From the NCBI GenBank assembly GCA_002269645.1, contig NIVC01001739.1, forward strand, positions 8,462 to 72,461: a DNA stretch of 64,000 nucleotides, read 5' to 3'. Origin of the DNA: Macrostomum lignano (Eukaryota). Both the position numbers and the translations under genes were made by a program. Below are positions 26,310-39,500 of this stretch, one piece after another. Each line of letters opens with the position of its first letter. Position 1 is the stretch's first letter. The notes under the pieces were generated by a model that searched no databases, had not been told where the DNA came from, and was given only the letters and a program-made list of their open reading frames with translations.

Positions 26310-27570
26310 CACTAAGTCTAGGAAAAAGGCCGGGGTGGAGCTAAGATAGTGTGATGCCGCACTCAGGAAAGGAATTTCCTGAATTTTCATCTTGACTCTT
26401 GAAGTAATTTGAAGCAGAGCGCAAAAACAAGATCGCCGAAGTCTATCTCCAGAGGATTTCATTTATAAATATCACACAACTCAAATCCGCACAACAAATA
26501 TCAACAAAAGTTAAAAGGTTTTCAATGCTTGAAATGAGAAACATAGCTCGTAATAATAGATATAATATATTTATATGCACATAGTAGTTCAGTAGTATAC
26601 AAGTTAAATTATAACAAAGTTATAACCATATCAAAGCTTAGTATACATAGCCACATATTTTATTCTTATCAACGTAAGAAAAAGGAGCGCGTGCAACAGG
26701 ATTAACAAGTGAATGAAAAGTGAACCAAAACTAGCAGGATTGTGATAATTAATGCATGATTATTATATAAAATTAGCGCTGCTAGCGATTTTTAGACATT
26801 GAAATCTATTTTGTTATACTCTTTTCCAAGCTAAGCAGCTAGCTTTTCAAGTTCTAGGCAAGAACAATATCTAAATAAAGCTTGACAGACAGTCATAATT
26901 TACAGATATTAATAACAAAAATTGCACAAAGAAACTGCCTTCTTAGTTTAATAACAAGAGAGGAAGTAAAAATACGAAGTTTATCAAAAATAATTTTGCA
27001 CTACTAATAGTAGTTTCTTATTAAATAGTCGGATTTTGAAACCAGGCATTTGAGAGAGCATCGTGATTCGTGATAGTTTGTGAGAGCAAGCGGATTGTCC
27101 GGCCACCAAAAATCTCCATGTTAGTAAAACAAAACGCGCAAACTAACATTCAAAAATAAAGAATATAATATTAACAGATTTCGCTAAATTTAAGCAATTC
27201 AAATTCGCGCCAATAGTTTCGTTTTTATAAGTTAACGGTCAAAACATGCAATAAAGATAAATCAGGAACACACAAAGACACTCGAGCATGCAGTGAGTTA
27301 AATAGTAAAATAAATAAATAAAGACGCAAAAAGCAATCTTGATTAGTCAGACAAAAAAACTGAGACTCATATTATATTTGACGCATCATTTAAACAAACA
27401 AACACGGTAAGTAATCCAATGAAATTGCAGCTTTTCAGTTTTCGTATATAATTTTTTTAATCACCAGGAACAAAAACTGAACATTTATAATGATTAATTA
27501 TTCAATTGACAGAGATCGGCAATTATTCCACGCACGGGAATAAAAGTGCAAATCAGTTGCAACGAAAAGT

Positions 27571-30500
27571 TCAATTTGGATGCAGCTTCGACTCGGATTT
27601 GCTTTTGCTCTTCTTATTAGTAAAGAAGCTCTGCAAGCCGGGGAAGTTTATGCCAGATTTCTTCTTGGTTAAACCGGCCGGCGGGTCGCCTGGCAACCGT
27701 TCGAGCAGGTCCTGGGGGATGAAGGGACGGGCTTTGATTCATTCATGCAGTGATCTAAGCTAGGCCCAATACACTGTTTACAATGTGGAAGCATTTCAGG
27801 TCATGACAGTTGTCTCAACAATTTGGATTAAATGACTTTCCACATCCTTTTGCATCGACAATATCTTTCGGAATTGATTAATTGTAGCAACAATTAGAGA
27901 ATTGAGGCGCCGAAACCCCATTAATTAGAGAATTGTGGCGCCAAAACCCCATTAATTAGAGAACTGTGGCGCCAAAACCCCATTAATTAGAGAATTGTGG
28001 CGCCAAAACCATATTAATTAGAGAATTGTGGCGCCAAAACCCCATTAATTAGAGAATTTTGGCGCCAAAACCCCTTAATTAGAGAATTGTGGCGCCAAAA
28101 ACCCAATTAATTAGAGAATTGTGGCACCAAAACCCCATTAATTAGAGAATTGTGGCGCCAAAACCCCTTAATTAGAGAATCAAAGCGCCAAAACCCAATT
28201 AACTAGAGAATTGTGGCGCCAAAACCCCATTAATTAGAGAATTGTGGCGCCAAAACCATATTAATTAGAGAATTGTGGCGCCAAAACCCCATTAATTAGA
28301 GAATTTTGGCGCCAAAACCCCTTAATTAGAGAATTGTGGCGCCAAAAACCCAATTAATTAGAGAATTGTGGCGCCAAAACCCCATTAATTAGAGAATTGT
28401 GGCACCAAAACCCCATTAATTAGAGAATTGTGGCGCCAAAACCCCTTAATTAGAGAATTGTGGCGCCAAAATCTTTAGCGCGCTACCTTTTGAACAGCCT
28501 GAGTCATCCGGCCATCCAGCTGATAGTCGTTCAGCTGCGGTTGCGGAGGCGGCGGCGGCGGCGTCGGTCGGGCAGCGGCGGCCGGTAGGGAATTGTTATA
28601 AAGACCGACATTGTTGTTCAGAGTCGAACTGCTGTCCCCGGGGTTGAAAGAGGCGTTCCGCTGCTGCTGGCCGTTGCTGAGTTGCTGCTTCTGCTTTGAA
28701 GCGAGCGCCAGCTTTGAATTGGAGGTCCTGGATGGAGAGAGGGCGAGGCTGCTGTACACACCGTAGTTGGGCGAGTCTACTTCTTTCGGATTATAAATAG
28801 AATGCGAACTAGCTGTCTAGTCCCTAGGCTGTCCCTAGGAATCCTAAACTGGAAATCAAAAACTGGGGAATCCCAAACTGGGAAATAAACAACAGGGGGA
28901 ATCCCGAACTGGGGAATTCCAAACTACGAGCGTAGGAAGTAAAAAAAAACAGGGAATCCCCAATTGGGGAATCCCAACTGGTGAATCCCAAATAGGGAAA
29001 TAAAAACAGGTGAATCCCGAACTGGGGAATCCCAAAAAGGGAAATAAAAAACAGGGGAATCCCGAACTGGGGAATCCCGAACTGGGGAATCCCAAACTGG
29101 GGAATCCCAAATAGGAAAATAAAAAACAGGGGAATCCCGAACTGGGGAATCCAAAACTGGGGAATCCCAAATAGGGAAATAAAAAACAGGGAATCCTAAT
29201 CTAAGAAACCCTAAACTGGGGAATCCCGATTTCATGGGGTATCTCAAACTGGGGGGGGGAATTTCATATTGAAGGAAATTCAAAAAGGGAAATTTGAAAT
29301 CGGTACAGACCTAACTGTGAGAATCCGAAACTTGGGAATTCCAAACTAAATGAATTCTAAACTGTGTGAATGCTGGAGGGAGGGGAATTCCAAGCTGGGG
29401 GAATCCCAGAATGACTAAAAATCAAGTATTAAGAACGATCCCAGTCATTTTTTAAGACAGATAATTATTATCTACAGACAGAAGCAGACTATATTCGGAG
29501 ACTGGAGTATAAATTGTTGAGTTTGATCCATTTGCTTAGAAGTTAAGCAGAGAGAAAATGCATTTAAACAAAAAACTGGATATGCCAAAATTGAATAAAA
29601 TTTTATTAGTGGTCCATCATTTTACAACTGATTCAAAATTTTCACAAAAAAATTGTGGCGAAAAGATAAATTTTATCGCTATTTAAGAGGAGAAAAGTTT
29701 CCTGAGTTAATTATTTCCGGTTAAAAATTTAATTTTCATTTAAAGCCTAACGAATAAACTTGCAAAATCATATAACTTACTTTGAACTTGGAAGTTCACT
29801 TTTGAGAGTTGCAATTTCAGGAAAGCCATAAAATCGGAATTGAATTTTGAGCGAGAGATATTCCATTGACCAAAGCAGGAAGAGGGCTACATAAAAAGAT
29901 AAGAATCAGACAGACGGTGAGATGAGAGGGTGAGATAAACACACTGAGACATGAGAGGGTGAGATAAACACACTGAGACATGAGAGAATGAGATAAACAC
30001 ACTGAGACATAAGGGTGAGATAAACATACTGAGACATGTGAGGGTGAGATAAACACACTGAGACATGAGGGTGAGATAAACACACTGAGACATGAGAGGG
30101 TGAGATAAACACACTGAGACATGTGAGGGTGAGATAAACACTGAGACATGTGAGGGTGAGATAAACACACTGAGACATGTGAGGGTGAGATAAACACACT
30201 GAGACATGAGATGGTGAGATAAACACACTGAGACATGAGAGGGTGAGATAAACACACTGAGACATGAGAGAATGAGATAAACACACTGAGACATAAGGGT
30301 GAGATAAACATACTGAGACATGTGAGGGTGAGATAAACACTGAGACATGTGAGGGTGAGATAAACACACTGAGACATGAGAGAATGAGATAAACACACTG
30401 AGACATAAGGGTGAGATAAACATACTGAGACATGTGAGGGTGAGATAAACACACTGAGACATGTGAGGGTGAGATAAACACACTGAGACATGAGATGGTG

Positions 30501-33500
30501 AGATAAACACACTGAGACATGAGAGGGTGAGATAAACACACTGAGACATGAGAGGGTGAGATAAACACACTGAGACATAAGAGGGTGAGATAAACACACT
30601 GAGACATGAGATGGTGAGATAAACACACTGAGACATGAGAGGGTGAGATAAACACACTGAGACATGAGAGGGTGAGATAAACACACTGAGACATGAGAGG
30701 GTGAGATAAACACACTGAGACATGAGAGGGTGAGATAAACACACTGAGACATAAGAGGGTGAGATAAACACACTGAGACATGAGAGGGTGAGATAAACAC
30801 ACTGAGACATGAGAGGGTGAGATAAACACACTGAGACATGAGGGTGAGATAAACACACTGAGACATGTGAGGGTGAGATAAACACACTGAGACATGTGAG
30901 GGTGAGATAAACACACTGAGACATGTGAGGGTGAGATAAACACACTGAGACATGAGATGGTGAGATAAACACACTGAGACATGAGAGGGTGAGATAAACA
31001 CACCGAGACATGAGAGGGTGAGATAAACACACTGAGACATAAGAGGGTGAGATAAACACACTGAGACATGAGAGGGTGAGATAAACACACTGAGACATGA
31101 GGGTGAGATAAACACACTGAGACATGAGGGTGAGATAAACACACTGAGACATGAGGGTGAGATAAACACACTGAGACATGAGAGGGTGAGATAAACATAC
31201 TGAGACATGTGAGGGTGAGATAAACACTGAGACATGTGAGGGTGAGATAAACACACTGAGACATGTGAGGGTGAGATAAACACACTGAGACATGTGATGG
31301 TGAGATAAACACACTGAGACATGTGAGGGTGAGATAAACACACTGAGACATGAGATGGTGAGATAAACACACTGAGACATGAGAGGGTGAGATAAACACA
31401 CTGAGACATGAGAGGGTGAGATAAACGCACTGAGACATAAGAGGGTGAGATAAACACACTGAGACATAAGGGTGAGATAAACACACTGAGACATGTGAGG
31501 GTGAGATAAACATACTGAGACATGTGAGGGTGAGATAAACACTGAGACATGTGAGGGTGAGATAAACACACTGAGACATGTGAGGGTGAGATAAACACAC
31601 TGAGACATGTGAGGGTGAGATAAACACACACACAGAAGTCCATGCATACAGAGCTCAACACCTAGAAGCCTAATCGAGAATTTAATACAAAAGTGATGCA
31701 TAATGCATATAAAAACCATACTGACAGCACGCAAAGTCCCTCAGGGCGGGTCAGGCATATTATTTAATATATTTAAATATATATAGAAAGTGAAAATTGG
31801 CTGCCATGCAGCTGCCGATGGGAATTCTGCTCTTCACTCTTTCCTCGCCCGCATGGAAACCCCATGCGCTCCTTCATCATCTCCTATCTTCCTCTCCTCC
31901 CAGTCAATTAAGGCCAGGCGCAGGCGATGTGCCATTAACCCTTGCAGCTGCATAAATAGAACAGGCTTCCCAATTGAAGTTGCAAGAACAAAATGGTTGC
32001 CACACGGAACTAGTAGAAATTCAATTTGATGGAAACAGAGTGTTCAGTTGGTGGATTGGGCTGCGACTGATGAACAGTTGCGAATTTGAATCTATGTGAC
32101 ACTGGAGTGACAATACTGTAACACTGGAGTGACAATACTGTAACACTGGAGTGACAATACTGTGACACTGGAGTGACAATACTGTGACACTGGAGTGACA
32201 ATACTGTAACACTGGAGTGACAATACTGTGACACTGGAGTGACAATACTGTGACACTGGAGTGACAATACTGTGACACTGGAGTGACAATACTGTGACAC
32301 TGGAGTGACAATACTGTAACACTGGAGTGACAATACTGTGACACTGGAGTGACAATACTGTGACAATTGACTAACAATGAAGTGACACTGGAGTGACAAT
32401 ACTGCGACAATTGACTAACGATGGAGTGACACTGGAGTGACAATACTGCGACAATTGACAAACAATGGGGTAACACTGGAGTGACACTGCTGTGATACTA
32501 TACCGTGGCACTACAGCTACACAACCCTCCCTAGAAGCGCTACCAAGAGAGCAGTTATAATTCTCACTTCTTATTTTTGCCTTTGCCAGCAGCAGGCGCG
32601 GGCTCTCCATCTTCGAGTCCCACCCGAGGCGCAGCGGCAGCAGCAGTCATGGCAGTAAAGTCGAAACCGTCAATACCGCCAGCTCCGACTCCGCCGCAGC
32701 CGCTGCTAACCGGATTCTGCAGCAGCTTGAGAAAGTCGGCCTGCTGCTGCTGCATAGCCGTCAGCTCAGCCACCAGCTGCTGCCTGACCGGGGCCGACCC
32801 GGCCTCGAACACAAACGTTGCCACATCGCCTGGCGTGACATCCGTGACAGCGAATAGAAGGGCCGACTCGCCAGACTCTGCGGCCGAATGATAATTGGAA
32901 TTGAATCGCATATTATTAACCTTGACTTTGCCTCTGTACAGGTAGACTGTCTGCAGGGCGGCTGCGGAGGTGTCGGCCAGTTGCATGATACTGTGCCGGC
33001 TGGCTCGCTGCTGCAGAAGCGGGGTGCCATTGTTGCCAGTGGCCTTCGGCTCCGTGACCAGCATCATCTGGTCGAACAGAAACACCTTGCGCTGCTCGAA
33101 TTTCAGCTGGCTAACAGCGGGATTAACAGCCGGATTGTACAGGTGTCCGGGCAGGTGGCACACGTTGAGCACAGCTTTGCAGCGCATCTGGCCCAGGGCG
33201 GTTACGCGAATACCCGGCTCCAGATGATCGATTCTCGATGCCTCCATAATGCTCTCAGTTTTGCATGGCAGCTCGCGCATCAGGCGGTGCACCCGCTCCC
33301 AGGCTGCCAGGGCCGGGCCGCCGAGGCCGTCTTTGCGCGCCTTCTCAACGATGACGCCAACTAGGAGGCTGTACCGCATGCAGCGCTGCACCGGGTTCAT
33401 CAGGTGCGAGTTCATGTCCTCCTTGTCTCTCAGCGCCAGCCTGACCTGCTCAAAATAGTCTTTGTGCTGTTCGCAGGCGATGTGCTGAGCCTTGCGATGG

Positions 33501-36500
33501 TTCTCGCAGTACTTGGAGTACCAGCTGGTGAGGTGGCGCTCCTTGGCTATGAACACATCCGCCACGCTGTCCAGGCCGCTGGTCTCCACAGCCTGCCGGG
33601 CCCTGGCCAGCAGCTCCCTGTGACCATCCAGCAGCCGGAGCCAGTTGCCCCACACCAATCGCCATTTCTCCTTCAGATCAGCCGGCGGGCTCGGCAGCTG
33701 ATCAAGCGTTGCGCTTCATCCTTTAACGGTATATAGTGCCTGGCAACAAACTGCAGCTTGTTGACGTAGCTCTCCTCCGACTCCATCAGTTCGTAGATCG
33801 CGTGCTGGCGTCGCTGGGAGCTCTCTGCGCTGCTAGTCGACACGGAGCCCGCATCGTCGCCATTGCCGCCTCCGCCGTTGCCGCCGTGATCAGCAGAGGA
33901 CGCCAGATTATGCTGATGATTCGGATTCGAACCCACCGACAACGAATCGGCTGGGACGGCGGGACTTGCGCTGCTGCCGCTGGCGCTGGCCGAGTCTCCG
34001 TCCGCTGGCTCAGCAGCTGCGGCTCCGCCGTTGCCGCCGCCGCTGCCGTTCGACTCGCCCGGAGGTGGCGACGGAGATGGCGAGCAAGACGAACAGTCGC
34101 CGTTATTGTTGTCCGCTCCACCGCCGCTGCCGCCGCCGGCACCTCCGGGTCCGTCGCCGCCGCCGCCGCCGCCGCCTCTCCGGCGGGCTTCGCATTCGGA
34201 ATCGTCGCACTCAGTTTCGCCTTCGTTATCCTCAGCTTCCTCGTCTCCTTGATCCTCTTCGTCCTCTTCGATTAGATCGTCCTGGTAGCAGCGGCCCTCA
34301 ACGATGGCCTGGCCGAGATCCGTCTCGGTCTCGTCGCCTTCGTTGTCCAGAGCTGGCAGGTCCTGCAGGGCCTCCATAGGCGGCGGCAGCTCCAGCTCCA
34401 CTGATTCTTCGCTGACATTGTCCAGCAGGGCGTCTTTGATAGCCGGCGCTGGCTGCTGAGTGCCCGATATCTGCTGCGGCTGCTGTTGGGGTTGCTGCTG
34501 CTGCTGCTGCTGCTGCTGAGACTTGAGCTGGGCAGCTGCCAGCTTCTTTGGCAGAGCGGCGGCGGTCTCCAATAATTCAGATTTGGACGAACGGCGGAAC
34601 GGCTTCTTAGTCTTGGGAAGCCACTTGCGGAAGGAGGTGCGCGGCTGCTGCTGCGGCGGCGGCGGCTGCTGCTGTTGCGGCGTCTTGCGCAGAATTGCGG
34701 CCGGCAATTGACCTTCGCTGTTATCGCTGAGCAGCCTAACGGAGGCGATCTCGCCCGGCAGGAGTTCGATAAGCTCGCACAGCTGACCAGCCGACACTGT
34801 GAGCTCGCCGGGCTTGGAAGCCTGGTAGTCCTCCTGAACCGAGCACTCCACCGCCGCGCCCATGCTGCTGTCCGAAGACTTACTACCGGTTGACAACGAG
34901 TTGCGCGGATAAAGACTCGGCATGCAGCAGAATTTATCTTGGATATTCTCGCGCATCAGATTCACCCACTGCTGCTTGGTCTCCAGGCAGTTGGCCTTGA
35001 GAATCAGCCGGTACTCGTCTCTGATTGGCGCCCCGGCTGGCCACATGCCGAATTTGCACGGGTCGCTGTCCACCTGTTCGGTGATTGAGCAGTTCGACAG
35101 GGCGAACTTCTGCTTGAACTGGTAGCGAGTCTTTGTACCGCTGACGTAGCCGCCGCCTCCGCCGCCGCCGCCGCCGCTGTCCGACTCGCTAACCGCGACC
35201 TCCTTGGCGAAGACAATGAACAAGTCAAATAGGAACACGTGGCGGTCGCGACCCTTCCGAATCAGCTGCCGCGGCTCCCAGACCACGAATGAGTCGTGCA
35301 GAAGTACATCGCCGAATCTGGCCAGACGGTCACCGTCGGGAAGGCCGTCCAGCATGCTGAGGTGTAGGGCGTCGTTCGCCTTCTTCGGCACGGCAATCAT
35401 TGCGTCCAGGCCTTCTTGAATTTCGCTAGTAGAAGCCAGCTCGCAGTTGTCTAGCAGCTCCTTCAGCAGCAGCTGGTATTTGGTGATGCGCTGGACTGGC
35501 TTGATCAGGTAGCTCTGCAGCGGCCCGTTGATGCTCAGACGAGCCTGCACCTCTTCGAAAAAGCTGCCCGCCTGTTGCCAGGGGGGGGGAGAATTGTGCG
35601 GATTGAGAAACTGGAGCTTTGGGCACGTATAACTCAAAGTAATGTGTCTTCACTAAGCCAAATCCATCCATTGTTTATGTTTAAGTCACTGGATTGGTCA
35701 AGACTGAAACCATTTAATGGTCACAGACCCTTCTGTAAGTCCTAACTGAGGTCTCCAAACAATCCGATCTCCCAGTCCCCAAATAGTCCCATCTCCCAGT
35801 CCTTAAACAGTCCGATCTCCAAGTCCCCAAACAGTCCCATCTCCCAGTCCTTAAACAGTCCGATCTCCAAGTCCCCAAACAGTCCCATCTCCCAGTCCCC
35901 AAACAGTCCCATCTCCCAGTCCACAAACAGTCCCATCTCCCAGGCCCCAAACAGTCCCATCTCCCAGTCCACAAACAGTCCCATCTCCCAGTCCACAAAC
36001 AGTCCGATCTCCCAGTCCACAAACAGTCCCATCTCCCAGTCCCCAAACAGTCCCATCTCCAAGTCCCCAAACAGTCCCATCTCCAAGTCCCCAAACAGTC
36101 CGATCTCCCAGTCCACAAACAGTCCCATCTCTCAATGGTCACCGGCTCCAACAACCATAGCACCAATCGCACACTCACCTGCGAGATGAGCAGCTCAGCA
36201 GAGTCGGTCTTATTAACGCAGTACTCAACATAGAGCGCAGCCAGCTGCTTGCCAAAGCTGACAAAGCAGTGCCCGGTGTCCTCAGGCAGGAAGCTGCTGG
36301 CGTATTTCTCCAATTCGCCAAGAAAGGTGCCGTTATGAAACTCGTATATCGCTTCAATATTACCGAATATGATTCGCTCCTTGCCAACAATGCCGGGCGG
36401 TGTCTGAAGTGCAGGTGGCAGCATAGTGAAGGATAGCAAATATTGTCAAACTGTAGCTTCAGAGAACACAGCAGACTGAGGCAATTCGCGTAAACAGTCA

Positions 36501-39500
36501 ACAAGGAATCCAGGGGCTTTATAGACAGACCGGGAAACAGGCCAAGGCTGCGCTGATTCTTATTGGCTAAAGCCGATGGGTCGAAAAAATTGAAAAATCC
36601 CTTCGGGAAAATTATTTTCGGCACTTAATCTTGCCTAACGGAAATCCTAGATCTCCTAACGGAAATCCTAGATCTCCTAACGGAAATCCTAGATCTCCTA
36701 ACGGAAATCCTAGATCTCCTAACGGAAATCCTAGATCTCCTAACGGAAATCCTAGATCTCCTAACGGAAATCCTAGATCTCCTAACGGAAATCCTAGATC
36801 TCCTAACGGAAATCTTAGATCTCCTAACGGAAATCCTAGATCTCCTAACGGAAATCCTAGATCTCCTAACGGAAATCTTAGATCTCCTAACGGAAATCCT
36901 AGATCTCCTAACGGAAATCCTAGATCTCCTAACGGAAATCTTAGATCTCCTAACGGAAATCCTAGATCTCCTAACGGAAATCCTAGATCTCCTAACGGAA
37001 ATCCTAGATCTCCTAACGGAAATCCTAGATCTCCTAACGGAAATCCTAGATCTCCTAACGGAAATCCTAGATCTCCTAACGGAAATCCTAGATCTCCTAA
37101 CGGAAATCCTAGATCTCCTAACGGAAATCCTAGATCTCCTAACGGAAATCCTAGATCTCCTAACGGAAATCCTAGATCTCCTAACGGAAATCCTAGATCT
37201 CCTAACGGAAATCCTAGATCTCCTAACGGAAATCCTAGATCTCCTAACGGAAATCCTAGATCTCCTAACGGAAATCCTAGATCTCCTAACGGAAATCCTA
37301 GATCTCCTAACGGAAATCCTAGATCTCCTAACGGAAATCCTAGATCTCCTAACGGAAATCCTAGATCTCCTAACGGAAATCCTAGATCTCCTAACGGAAA
37401 TCCTAGATCTCCTAACGGAAATCCTAGATCTCCTAACGGAAATCCTAGATCTCCTAACGGAAATCCTAGATCTCCTAACGGAAATCCTAGATCTCCTAAC
37501 GGAAATCCTAGATCTCCTAACGGAAATCCTAGATCTCCTAACGGAAATCCTAGATCTCCTAACGGAAATCCTAGATCTCCTAACGGAAATCCTAGATCTC
37601 CTAACGGAAATCCTAGATCTCCTAACGGAAATCCTAGATCTCCTAACGGAAATCCTAGATCTCCTAACGGAAATCCTAGATCTCCTAACGGAAATCTCAA
37701 AACTCGAACCGGAAATCTCAAAACCCCAACCGGAAGTCTCAAAACTCGAACCGGAAATCTTAAACCCCAACCGGAAGTCTCAAAATTCGAACCGGAAATC
37801 TTAAACCCCCAACCGGAAGTCCCAAAACTCCAACCGGAAATCTCAAACCCCCAACCGGAAGTCTCAAAACTCAAACTGGAAATCTTAAACCCCCAACCGG
37901 AAGTCTCAAAATTCGAACCGGAAATCTTAAACCCCCAACCGGAAGTCCCAAAACTCCAACCGGAAATCTTAAACCCCAACCGGAAGTCTCAAAATTCGAA
38001 CCGGAAATCTTAAACCCCCAACCGGAAGTCTCAAAACTCAAACTGGAAATCTGAAAACCCGAACCGGAAATTTCGAAACCTGAACCGGAAATCTTAAACC
38101 CCCAACCGGAAGTCTCAAAACTCAAACCGGAAACCTGAAAACCCGAACCGGAAGTTTCGAAACCTGAACCGGAAATCTCAATAGTTATATAAACACTGCA
38201 ACTCCATCACAATACTCACCTGCAAGCCAGAAGGCGGCGAGAACATGGCCTCCTTATACTGTGTAATGCAGGTGTGCAAATCTTTCACGTAGACCCGCTC
38301 AGTGTTAATCAACTCGTTCAATATGTACCGCCGCTTCTTATCGCCGGCCAGCTGCCTCTGCTCGGCTTTGGAATCTAACGAGCTGATGCCGCTGCTAGCG
38401 GAACCGGAAGCGCCGGAAGTGACGCTACTAACGGAACCCAGACCGGATGAAGCTCTGGTGCTGGAGTCCTGCTGCTGCGGCTGCTTCTGCTCAGCGGGGG
38501 TCTCTAAGCCTAGCAATTGTCGCCTGGCCTTATCAATAGGCACGTAGCGATCGAACTGAGCAACCAGCTGGCGGATCTGTGCGCAGTGGGGGTGGCCGTT
38601 TCTAGCGAAGCTGGTCGCGATGCCGTACAGAATCTCCACCTTCTGCGCGGTGTCGGGCGGCACGGCTGAAGAGCTTGAGCAGGGCGTCAGCAAGTTCAAC
38701 AGCTGCTGAGCTGACGACTCAAACGTGACGTATTGTTGACAGAGATCGATGACTCGTTTACGCTGAGTCCAAGACTCCAACACCTGACTCTCGGCTTGGG
38801 TCAGCTGGTCCTGATCGCTGACTACAAGAGCTTCAACAGAGCCGGCGTGCTGACCTCCGCTGCGGTGCAGGTACTTCATGAAGGCCTCCGAGGTGCGCCT
38901 GGCGAACCGGCAGCCGCGCAGGAACGCGTCCTTCTGTATGGTGTGCTTCTGGGCCCGTTCCGTGATCTGCTGCACTCGATCTGGGCCGGGCAGATTCGAG
39001 CACGCGTCCTCCGAACGGCTGTAGTCCTTTTGCAGATCCTTCAGCACCTGCGACACCTGGATAGGTGGGATGGAAGCGGGTGTTATTGAGGTATGCGATT
39101 TAGGAAACAGGTTCACAGGAAATCATTTGAAGCCTGAAATCCATTCACAGGACTGTACTAGGGAGAAACTTATTCACGGGATTAGGTTAGAGACTCATGC
39201 CCGTTCCCAGAGCTTGATTAGATGCTGATACTCAAGTCAAGGTCTAGATCCCGATGAAAACGGTACCCAGGCCAAGAAGCGTCCCAGAGTCAGTTACGTC
39301 GCCCCATAGCCGTTGCAGGTAATACAGGTAAAATAGGAAAGAAGTGATTCTGGACGACATTAAAATGACGAGATGTCTGTGATTAAAAGTCGCCAAAGAG
39401 CCACTTTAAGAGTCGATTTGAGACGTTTTATTGTCTGCGACTCTGAAACGACTCTGAGGCGACTCTAGTGAGTCTGGGGTGACTCTAGTGAGTATGGGGG

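Noticed and set aside
29817-31734. Three 575-615-aa Cys/His-rich ORFs resembling zinc fingers
   Set aside because: 29-nt satellite open in all three minus-strand frames; no C2H2 spacing or linker.
36612-38013. NGNPRSP, GDLGFPL and RRSRISV heptad-repeat ORFs (CTD-like or collagen-like)
   Set aside because: Near-perfect 21-nt DNA repeat with no synonymous variation, intronic.
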